From Ylistrum balloti (taxonomy: Eukaryota), in the NCBI RefSeq assembly GCF_031769215.1, contig NW_026782081.1:868001-932000 (forward strand): DNA of 64,000 bases, read 5' to 3'. The notes under the pieces were generated by a model. It saw only the letters and a program-made list of their open reading frames with translations, ran no database searches and had not been told where the DNA came from. Positions 11,701 to 24,100 of this stretch are shown piece after piece. The number at the start of each line of letters is the position of its first letter. Position 1 is the stretch's first letter. Made by a program: the position numbers and the translations under genes.

Positions 11701-14700
11701 TTCTAGTAAAGCAAGCCTCAGTATTCCCACATAGTATGCTCTGTCTAGTAAAGCAAGCCTCAGTATTCCCACATAGTATGCTCTGTCTAGTAAAGCAAGT
11801 CTCAGTATTCCCACATAGTATGCTCTGTCTAGTAAAGCAAGCCTCAGTATTCCCACATAGTACGCTCTGTCTAGTAAAGCAAGCCTCAGTATTCCCACAT
11901 AGTACGCTCTGTCTAGTAAAGCAAGCCTCAGTATTCCCACATAGTACGCTCTGTCTAGTAAAGCAAGCCTCAGTATTCCCACATAGTACGCTCTGTCTAG
12001 TAAAGCAAGCCTCAGTATTCCCACATAGTACGCTCTGTCTAGTAAAGCAAGCCTCAGTATTCCCACATAGTACGCTCTGTCTAGTAAAGCAAGTCTCAGT
12101 ATCCCAATGTGAGTTTACAATTGATTACATCATATTTTATTATAGAATTATGATAAATACCATTCTTAACTTGTATTTTTATTTTGTAGCTTGATGTGCA
12201 TTGCATTGAAAAGTAACACTTTCCCTAAATATTTTCAGTATTTTACCACATGAAAGATATTAAGTCACCTGCTTCAAAAGTAATGGAACATCTATTAAAG
12301 GATCTTGAGCTAATGTCTGATGAATTTGTTATCTATCTCAAAGTTTGAATGGGTTCATCTTAATAGTTGATATGCATTCCATGTTAAAAGTGAAATAGAT
12401 TTTTTCAATTGTTCTGAAAAAGATTGTGCTCGTTTTGTTTTCCTTCTGTTTTAATATTGATTGAAATTTTTAAGTTTTAGGACCTATGACATGATATAAT
12501 TACTTAAAAAAATAGATATGCTGTGATCAACATTATTTGTGTGCCTTCAACTTGGTTTCAATCATCTGAAAATTACTTAAAATCTGTGTTGATATTTTAT
12601 GTGATTTCAGAGGGATGATGGAAGGAGACATAGAGATGATCGAGAACAAAGAAGGAAGGACAGACACAGGGATGAGATGAATGGTGATGACCGTCACAGA
12701 AAAAGGAGGGATGACGATGGTATTTATTTAAGAGAGACCTAAATTTATTTTTGTACATGACGAAAGCTATTTGAAACTCGAGCTCATCTCCACTCATTGC
12801 TATGGCTAGGTTCATCTAGACCTTCATCACATTTTAGACATCTGGATGTATGTCCTTCAAATGTTTTATCTCTGCTGTAGGGTCAGAGGAAAGTCAGACT
12901 TACAGTAACTATGCCACAAAACTGCATGTAAGACAAAAAAAAGGTTGTTTACAAGTATATACTAAGATAACTTATTGAAGGAAAAAAATATTTTGTACTT
13001 TTAGAAAGACGACATAATGATGATGACAGGCGATCCCGACATAAAGATGAGGTAGGAATGTTAAAAGTTGAAGAAAAATTATATAGAAATATAAGAAAAC
13101 AAGATTATTTTTATGGCTAGAAAATGTTGTGCAATGAACATGTATAAACTAAAACTGACAACTTGAGAGAAATAGCTGTGACTGTGTCTGATTAGTCTAG
13201 TGATGACCTTACATCTCAGTGCTATGATATCATGTTTTTTTTCTCAAAAACACTTTGGTGTGATGTACAGATGCCTCTTGAAAACAGAAACATTAAAATA
13301 AATTTGCCAAATCAGATACACAGGGTTATCTAAAATCAGACAGGTTTACTTTTTCATATTAGTAGGATTTACTGGGTAATATAAAATCACACAGGATAAC
13401 ATTTTTGCCCACCAGTAAGATTTACTGGGTGATGTGAAGTCACACAGGATAACATTTTTGGCTACCAGTAAGATTTACTGGGTAATATAAAATCACACAG
13501 GATAACATTTTTGGCTACCAGTAAGATTTACTGGGTAATATAAAATCACACAGGATAACATTTTTGGCTACCAGTAAGATTTACTGGGTGATGTGAAGTC
13601 ACACAGGATAACATTTTTGGCTACCAGTAAGATTTACTGGGTAATATAAAATCACACAGGATAACATTTTTGGCTACCAGTAAGATTTACTGGGTAATAT
13701 AAAATCACACAGGATAACATTTTTGGCTACCAGTAAGATTTACTGGGTGATGGGAAGTCACACAGGATAACATTTTTGGCTACCAGTAAGATTTACTGGG
13801 TGATGTGAAGTCACACAGGATAACATTTTTGCCTACCAGTAAGATTTACTGGGTAATATAAAATCACACAGGATAACATTTTTGGCTACCAGTAAGATTT
13901 ACTGGGTGATGTGAAGTCACACAGGATAACATTTTTGGCTACCAGTAAGATTTACTGGGTGATGTGAAGTCACACAGGATAACATTTTTGCCTACCAGTA
14001 AGATTTACTGGGTAATATAAAATCACACAGGATAACATTTTTGGCTACCAGTAAGATTTACTGGGTGATGTGAAGTCACACAGGATAACATTTTTGCCTA
14101 CCAGTAAGATTTACTGGGTAATATAAAATCACACAGGAAACATTTTTGGCTACCAGTAAGATTTACTGGGTGATGTGAAGTCACAGAGGATAACATTTTT
14201 GCCCACCTAGTCAGTCATACTGAGTTACGTAAAATCAGACAGGAAAATGTTTTTGGTAGACCTATTGTATATATAGTCGTTTATCAGAAAGGAAAACTGA
14301 ATTACTGTTGAGGTTATCATGGTTAAATTCAAATTAGGAAATAAATGTACTGTATTGTAATCAGAAAGGACATGGTTACGAAAATACAAAGAAGCTACAT
14401 ACCATTTGTTTTAAATGGTGAAGGAATATAAAGACCAGATAAATCCTGTTTTTTATTTTTGTTCTTGTATTATTAAATACTTGATATTTATTTACGTTAC
14501 ATCAAAATGGTGAAGGAATATAAAGACCAGATAAATCCTGCTTTTTATTTTTGTTCTTGTATTATTAAATACTAGATATTTATTTACGTTACATCAAAAT
14601 GGTGAAGGAATATAAAGACCAGATAAATCCTGTTTTTTATTTTTGTTCTTGTATTATTAAATACTAGATATTTATTTACGTTACATCAAAATGGTGAAGG

Positions 14701-17700
14701 AATATAAAGACCAGATAAATCCTGTTTTTTATTTTTGTTCTTGTATTACTAAATACTAGATATTTATTAACGTTATGTCAAAATGGTGAAGGAATATGAC
14801 GGGCGAAATTCAATATTTAATAATAATTAATAGATTTTATTTGTATTTGTTTAAAGATTGAAACATGTAGATATTATTTGTTCTGTATTCCATGTCGTTA
14901 TTTGTTTCAATAATTGAGGAGGAACAGTACAGACTGGTATCAATATCAGTGACATTGTAAGATGTCTTTGATATAATCACTACAATCAAATCACATAAAG
15001 TAGGGAATTACTGCCTGAGTGCTATGGTGATTAGAAATCATATCAATTACTAGGAACGGCGGCGAACTAACTCGGAAGAACGCCAGTCTCAGTTGACTGA
15101 GGTAAGGCAGATAACTCTAGATTTCTTATAACACAGCAGGTGCCTGATGTGGTTTAACCAAAGTTGTCTTTATCAGAATTGAGCTGTGTTTTTTTACTGA
15201 ATAACATTCTTGCTTTTCCTTTTGAATTGATTTCTTTACTATGTCTATTTGTATCTTTGTTTTACAGTTGCTTCCTCTCTTTGTTGAATTTACAGTGATT
15301 TTAAACAGTATGTTTATTATGCAGTGTCTGTTACTAACAATCATATGATCATTTGTTTGCCTTAATATCCTCTCTGTTGGTCAGGGTGAGCTGGGCTGGA
15401 TACCATGATAGTTCATAGGCCTCTGTTTCCTCCAATATGAAAATTTTCATGAAGAGATTTACACATTTTTGTCTGTCTTGTTTGAAATTGCTTGTAAATT
15501 AAATGGAAGTTTTAGTGTCATTTTATGTTAGATAGCCGTAAAATAATTCTCCAGTGCTACATTTTACAAAATCAACATGAGAAAATAGTTTTTGATTGCA
15601 TGATTGTGATCGGTTTATCTTAAAGCTTGACAGAAACAGTTAACAGGCTGTTTTTGTAATGATGCTTTGTATATCTATTTACCCAGCTATTTTGGGTAAG
15701 TTTTGAGTCTCAGGTGCCTTTTAGTTAAACAAATGTAGATTTTGCATGCTTATAATGAAACATAATGATTGAAATAGATAGTTCACATGGAGATTTACAG
15801 ACACCCATGTATAGTTACGATTCTAATGTCTTATATAGAAGCTTACAAAACCATATCCTAGCTATAGAAAGAGTAGAGTTAGCTTGCATGGACCTAATGT
15901 TACTGATGTGAACAGTGACATGAATGTTTTGTCTTCAGGAAAAAATAGTGTCAATCTTCAAGTTATAATATGGCCACTATCAGACCAGTTTTTGTTAGCG
16001 CACTATCTGATTCAAATTGCCTAGTGTTAGGTCAGTGATCTGTCCATCCATCCATAAACAATTTATGTTATTACTATTTCGTGAAAAATACAGCATAAAT
16101 CTTTCTCAAATTTCATATGTAGGTCTCCCATTGTCCCTGGTTTTGCTTGTTTGATTTTGAGACTGATCAGAAAAGTTAAGTGGCCTACAGGTGGCCATCT
16201 TAGATTTGGACAATGAAAGTTCGTTATTTTTTGAGAAGTATTGGATGGACCTTTCTCAAATATATAGATTGCTTTTACTTCCTAGTTTACCACTTTGATT
16301 TGGGACTGATTAGAAAAGCAAAATGGCTGATAGACAGCCATCTTGGATTTTGACAATGAAAGTTTGTTCAGGCTATTTCTTGAGATATGGATCCTTCTGA
16401 AATTTCATCTGTAGGTTTCTCCTGGTCCCTAGTTGTACTCTTTTGATTTTGGATTTAATTAGAAAAACAAAATGGCAGACAGACGACATCTTGGATTTGC
16501 CATTATCACTATTTCTTAGGAGCAATTTTTAAATTTCGTGTAATTAAGAGCAAAAGCAAAGGAAAGAAAGGGAAAAGACTAAACTTTTAAGAAATAATAC
16601 AGATCAGATGATGGTGGGTACCAAGATCCCTCTGGGATCTCTTGTTAATGGAGATGAGCAATATTTGATATGATTTACATTAAGTATTTGTTCTCTTAAG
16701 AAAGAAGAAAGAAAGTAAATGACACTTGTATGAATTATTTAAAGTAGCAAAAGGCTTAGCAAACATTTCCTCTGACTCACTTTTGGGTTTGTAGGGGCTT
16801 TTAAGAGGATATTGTGACAATACTGTTGTTGAAGTGTTTGAAAATTGAAAAGTTAAAGAATTTTATTACTTTCCTTTCAATTTTTTTCACTTAATTCTCA
16901 AAACCATCAATATGGAGCTAAGAAATTTGAATTTTTTTGTAAAATATAATTTGTAATAATTTCATTTTTTAGTGAAACAATTTTTAGATATTAAGATATA
17001 ATTGAAAATTATTTCTAATGGAAAGACTTGTTTTATTTTTAGGATGAAAGAGAAAGACAAAGGAGAGAAAGAAGAGAAAAGAGAGAGGGGAAAAGCAAGG
17101 TAGGTTTTATTGTTGAAATGAAAAACCTTTGAGAATTTCCATGAAAAAGTATTCAGGAGTCCTTTAAGGTAAGATTTGCTTCAGTGTACTTTGTGAAGGA
17201 CATCAGAAGATATAAATATTTTGTTTTCAGACAGAGGATGATAGAAAGAAACCAAGAGAAGATGACAGAAGGAAACGTTTGACTATTGATGATGAGGATG
17301 ATGATAACCATGGAGACAAGAGGAGGGATAGAGATAAAGAGAGGGAAGAGGAACGTGAAAGACGACGACAAAAAAGAGAAGAGGAAGATAGGCGTAAACA
17401 TCATCGTGCAGACGACAACAGAGAAAAACGACAGAGGGACGATGAAGATTATGACAGGCGGCGACACAGAAAGGATGAAGACAATGAAAGGCGTCATCAC
17501 AGAGATAGAGAAGATGATAATAGACATGATAGGGATGATGAAAGGAGACGAGATGGTGACAGACGACATGATAGACGAAAAGAGGAAGAATCTGATCGTA
17601 AACGACATAAAGACCGAGAGGATGTAAGTTTAGGATTACAGATCTTGCAGAATTGAAAATGTAGTATAAAAATGTTAAATGACAACTCAAAACCATTTTC

Positions 17701-18063
17701 CTTATGTAATATGATAAGATAAAGATCTCGAGTTGATATTTTTATTTATCATACATAAACTTTGTCTTAAAATTTCAATAGGGAAGGAAAACTTTTGGAC
17801 CATGTCAACACAGTTATACACCTTTTTCGGCATTATATTGCTGAATAGTAGGCTATGTCTATATTTTGTGATATTACAACAAAATATATTATACACTGTA
17901 CCTGTAAGATAAGGACTTTTGTATCATTACAGTATGACAGAAAAAAAGAGAGACGAGACAAAGACAGAGCAAGGGATGATGAGGTGAGAATTCCTTACAT
18001 AAGACATAAATCTCTCTAGCCTTGTGTGCTGTGTAGCAGATCATTTAAGATAAAACCCTTCTT

Positions 18064-18108
<45 letters not shown>

Positions 18109-21100
18109 TCTTATGAAACTATTGTCCCGACAATTTTTTACTGTGATAAAATGAGTTTTCTTATCTTTGTATAGGATGACCGCAGAAAAGATAGACGTGA
18201 CAAAGACCGAACACGGGATGATGAGGTGAGAATGTCAGGACCTATTATTATAATGGAAGTAAAAGTTTGACTGAAATTGTTTCCTTCTGCATTGTATGAT
18301 TTGTCAATCTAACTTAAAAATATTAGATGCATTGTTTTATTCAATTGTCTTCAATAAATACTTAAAAAATTCAGAAATCTCAGAGGAGGCGCGGAACCAG
18401 GGTGTATACAACCACTGCTAAAAAGGGAATTCAGGTTATTCCATATATCAGTTCAAGTTCAATGTTTCCATTAAATTGTTCATATAATTTTTAAAATGCT
18501 TTGTTGTTACCTATTAAGTTATGAGTTCTACTGTTATACTGTATTTTCACATAATCTGCTTGTTATCCAGTGAATTTAATATGTCATTAGTATAACATAC
18601 AATGGAGTCAGGGCTCGAAAAAAAAAAAAAAACATCAAAGATTTGTTTCATAAACCTCATAGTAAATGAGACCTTATTTAAGATTGTACTGGTACATATA
18701 TATCATCTATATGACTTAGTATTGATTAATTCCAGTATACAAGTACATCTATTACAAAAATGTACGCAATGTATACAGTACATGTATGATGTATTGAATA
18801 GGTACTATAGAAGTATAGTTTCAGTTGATACATATGTACATTTGTTATCATGGGTGTATTACTAATTCTTTATCTTAGTTTTCCATGAAAATCTGGTTAA
18901 GTGTTTAAAAATATTATTGACATTTTATTTGTGATATTTTTTTGTTTCACTCACTTGTTTGTTGTCAGTTTATGTTCATTTTGGTTCTGTTCCTGTTACA
19001 TTTTATATTCAAATATATTACAAAATATAATGATAATATTCTTACAATTCATTTAGTTGCAATCAATTAAGATAGAAAGCAAAACAGTGTATGATCATAT
19101 TGCAGAAATAATCAGAAAATTAAAAAGAAAAATTGTATGATAATAGGGATTCAAATAAGATTTTGGTAATCTATTTTTATTACTGTCCTTTACAAATATT
19201 GCTTGAAAAGTTGTAACTAACTATAGAAACTTCTACCCAGTAGTCAATATTGCCATGTATCCGACACTATGACTTCTTCTATAGGATGAACGTGAAAGAC
19301 AAAGACGAGAACGGAGAGAAAAAAGAGAAGGAAAAGACAAAGATAGAGACCGTGACCGAGAAAAAGAACGAAGAAAAAGGGAAGAAGAGGTAAGATATGT
19401 ACAATTCTAAAAGTTTAATTCAGTCAATTTAGATGGTAACCTTTGTTCCATTATTGACAATACTAGTGTTCTCGTTATGGGTATTTGATGTCTTGTTGTG
19501 GTATACTACAGTGGTAAATCAGTAGTATTAATTGCCTTCTCTGTTATGGAGTACCCAAGTCACAGTTATGAACAAACTGTGGACAAAACATTTAGAGAGT
19601 TTAGAGAGTTGTACACCCACTATTAACAAAGCAGATAATGTTGAGGATATAAAGTGAACTAATGATTTGGAATAATTGATGTTAGATGTATACTCATAGA
19701 GCTTCAATATACTAAAAAAAACATTTTTTTTTTGTTATTAAAAAAAACAGGGATCAGCTGTAGATTATACATATTCATCATATCAACAAATAAACATTCT
19801 CAATCATTGCCTGTTCAAATAAAAAAAAATGTTTAACTGGTCCATCTTTTACATCTTTGAATGAATATTGACTTTTGTGAACTGTTATGCAGTTATTAAG
19901 CCTGATTTTAAAATTGTTTCAGTTGTATATTTAAAAAAATATATATATTTTATGGTGGAATGATGACACATGACTTATTCATCTGATCAGTTGATGTATA
20001 ATTTTGTATGTCTTCATTTATTGATAACAAGGAGGAGGAAAGAAGACGAAGAAAACAAGAAGAAAAGGAACGAGATGAGAAGAGAAAAGAAAGGTATGCA
20101 TGAGAATGATTGAACAGTTCAGATACATGTATAAACTTTCCAGGTTATTTTCATTTGGTTTGCATTACATTTTGAATTTTGTTAAGTGGTTTTTTATTGT
20201 TATTTCTGTCTAAACTAATTTTCTAATTGAAATAGATTTTAGTCTTTGATTAAAAGGTGTGTCACTAAGAGTATTTTGCTGTTTGTAAATAGGTCATATA
20301 TATAAGTTGTGGTGTTATTTTTCCAATAAAATTAATTTTGTCAATTTAGTCTGGTGTGAGGTAGACTTGAGTCAGATATCCAAACCTTAGGCTCATTGAA
20401 TTTAATGTACCAGGTACTTTCCACCATTTTGAATTTCGTTCAGGAGGTTGAAGGAAGTCAAAATTTCAAGCTTCAAAAAAGTAAAATTAATGACCTTCAT
20501 TTGACAAACTTTATCCTTAAAGTAAGATATTGCAGTTGTTCTTTCTAGTGAACAATTATTGAATGACAATTTAAGTCTTAAAATAGGACCAAAAATATGT
20601 TTCTCCCCTCTGTGTATGAAGGATTGTCAAGTATGAGATGATTTTTGCATTTTATAGATATCATTGTTGAAGGATTGTAAGCTCCTTATCAACTCATCTA
20701 AACCAGCATAAGATTTTGTGGAAATGTAGTCTATTTTTAGCTCACATGGGCCAAGTGAGTTTTTAGCATACCACATCAGCTGTTTGTCATCTTTTTCTAC
20801 AAATCTCTACTAAAAGTGGAATCAGTTTTGTATAAACTGTGGGTCTCGTCCACCTGGGATGGAAGTGGCAGGGCCCAATATGGGAAATAGAGCAAATTCT
20901 TTACAATCCTACTTCTCCTGAAAGAATTATTTGGTCTGAAGTATGAATGGTTGGGTTGACCTCCTAAGGATAGAGGGTTGGGGTCCAGTAGGAAAATACC
21001 TGCGGTAGATACTTTTTGTGTTGTGTGCTGGAATTACCTTTCCTTTAATTTTAATGAAGCAGTTTCAGCCAAGCAAAGTCAGATGAGTAATATAGGCCCT

Positions 21101-24100
21101 ATGGACCTCTTGTTTTCTTTTTTATTTAGACAGATGTGAATAAAATTACCTTTTTATCATGATTTTGTATAATTAGTGTTTATTTTTAAATGTTTTTGTT
21201 CTTAATTTCCAGATCATCATATGGGAGAAGTAGAGATGATGTAAGTAAAATCCTAACTTTGAACATATCAGCCTGTCAGGAAAATATCAGTGCATGGACA
21301 GACATCTTTACCATCTTCATGAGTCTACTTGTTCTGTCCTTCTTTAATTCATTTTATACATACCACACAAATCTGATATACCATACCCTGGTACTTATAC
21401 AGAAAATCTTCAGAAAATCTTAACTGCTCTACACAAATCTGATATACCATACCCTGGTACTTATACAGAAAATCTTCAGAAAATCTTAACTGCTCTACAC
21501 AAATCTGATATACCATACCCTGGTATTATACAGAAAATCTTAACTGCTCTACACAAATCTGATATACCATACCCTGGTACTTATACAGGAAATCTTAACT
21601 GCTCTACACAAATCTGGTACTTATACAGGAAATCTTAACTGCTCTACACAAATCTGGTATACCATACCCTGGTACTTATACAGAAATCTTAACTGCTCTA
21701 CACAAATCTGGTATACCATACCCTGGTACTTATACAGGAAATCTTAACTGCTCTAAACACATCTGATATACCATACCCTGGTACTTATACAGAAAATCTT
21801 AACTGCTCTACACAAATCTGATATACCATACCCTGGTAATTATACAGGAAATCTTAACTGCTCTACACAAATCTGATATACCATACCCTGGTACTTATAC
21901 AGAAATCTTAACTGCTCTACACAAATCTGATATACCATACCCTGGTACTTATACAGAAATCTTAACTGCTCTAAACACATCTGATATACCATACCCTGGT
22001 ACTTATACAGAAAATCTTAACTGCTCTACACAAATCTGATATACCATACCCTGGTACTTATACAGAAAATCTTAACTGCTCTATCCTCAGTATGTAAAGA
22101 CTTTTACAAAATCCTGTGATAGGTATGGGAGATGTAATTTTACCCTTTGTGTGTAGATTTCCCATTTATATGTACTCACTCTTCTTCCTGTGATAAGCCA
22201 ACTTCAGCACCACCAGAAGTTATTTTTGTGTCTGTCGCCTGTTTAAATCATGGCTAATGATTGCTCACGTATGTTTATTTTATCTCAACACCTTAAATGT
22301 AGGTTAAATTCATTAAAACGTAAGATCAACCAGAAGAAGCTCAAAATACATTTATAATCAGTATCCTCCCTTACCATGAAACATTCTACTAAACTTCTTG
22401 TATCAACCTTACTATTTATAGAGTATTTTTTTGGTTTAACCAAGCATGCTTTTCTAAAACTAATTGACCTTTGACCTGTATTAACTTTTTCTTTGACCCT
22501 GTTGTCATGGTTTCCAGAGAAAGTCCGCTAAGCCAGGTACTCGACACAAAGTAAGTTATATCAGGCTTTGCAAGGGATATCAAGTTGATCCAGGCACTGA
22601 ATATTATTTGAACATGTCACTTATTTATATATACCTTACTCCCTTCCTACCATCCCCCTCTCCAATGATATTGTTTGTTCTGCATCACGGAGACCTTCCA
22701 ACCTTACATCCTTAATGCTAAACCTATTCTAATCTGTTACCTGCCTCTAACTTTGAAACATCATGGTTATATTGAACCCAGACAACAAAGCTGCTCCAAT
22801 GATGTTCGGCTGCTCAAATTGCTTTGTGTTCATTGTCAGCCATTTGTTCTGAGTGTCCTACATATATACTGTGGTCCCTAGTTAATTTGGTTCAATTTTC
22901 AGACGAACTTGAGAGACAAAAAATGGCAGAGAGAGTGGCTAACTCAGGTCTCCTCAGTTACAGATTCTTGAAAAAATCTTGATGATTCTCTCTCAAATTT
23001 TATATAAAGGTCCAATTTTGAGGGGAAAGGGGGATGGCCATCAGATATTGGTCTTGGAAATGGACACAAAGTTTTTCTGCTTTTTCATTTCAAATTATGG
23101 ATTTTTGGATTAATCTTTATTAGATTTCTTTTGAAAAGTTTTTTTTGTTCTTATTGTTAAATTTGTTGATTTTGAGGCTGCCTCCATGCAGTCATCTTGA
23201 ATTTGTTGAAATTTCTGTGATCTTAGTTGGTGTCACAGAGCATTTTCTCTGGTATATCTTAGCTTAGAATATGTATTGTTTTAATAAATTTTGATTATGA
23301 TTGATATATCTGTGAAACCTTAACTTGATCAAAGACCAAAATGCAGTCGTGCTTCTTCAGGTGCTGTTTTCATAAGTAATAAAAATCTTCCATTCTGATA
23401 AACATGCAATATCTTTGCCATATGCTTCCTCTTATAATGCTGTTTATGTAGTTTAGAAACTTCTGATTTCAATTTACCTGTAGGTCTGGTTTACATTAGG
23501 GTGATTCTGAGTTTATTGACTTGCTAGTCGAGTTGCAATGACATGATGATGTTTGTACACCAATCACAGTATGAATGCTCACTTGTTTCATATGTATCAT
23601 CATCACTTGTTCATTCAGTACATTTTGATTAAAGCATGGGTTTGGTATGATTTCTGCAAAATAATTCACTATTGAAGTTCTGAGCTTAAACAATATCACT
23701 TTGAGAACTATGTATTGAATTTAGATTTACTGGTGTTACATGTACAGATGTACATTTCAACAAGAAATATCTAGTATAACATATAGGCATTAGCCCTGAT
23801 TTGTATATATCGACGTGAAGCCATCTTTCGACCATCAACACCATCAGATAAACAGAAGGTGGTAATGATATTTATGTTGTACTACTGTGATAAACCAATT
23901 TTATTTTACAGAGTTTAATTGGGCAAGTTTAGGAATATTTAAGCGGAAATTTTTCTGCAGAGTTTGGTGAAAAACTTACACACAGTTTTAATGGGAAAAA
24001 CCTACAATTTGAATAGTCTGATGTTTTGCAATTTCTGATACAGGAGCGTAATGATTAAAGTTTATAGGTAGACCATCCCCGTTAGTGCTGCCTAGAATCC

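Noticed and set aside
11692-12194. Overlapping 124-aa and 152-aa ORFs with 14-aa repeats
   Set aside because: Product of the 42-bp minisatellite; no non-repetitive coding context.
13362-14206. CRISPR-like appearance (palindromic repeats at regular spacing; also 30655-31033)
   Set aside because: Sequences between the palindromes are near-identical rather than unique spacers, there are no cas genes, and the context is a eukaryotic intron.
17153-17696. Hydrophobic antisense ORFs (151, 137 and 62 aa)
   Set aside because: Reverse complement of the purine-rich R/D/E WDR60 exon 17231-17623.
22903-22947. Possible 45-nt in-frame WDR60 exon (TNLRDKKWQREWLTQ)
   Set aside because: Weak donor (gtctcc), and it lies in a degenerate interspersed repeat.
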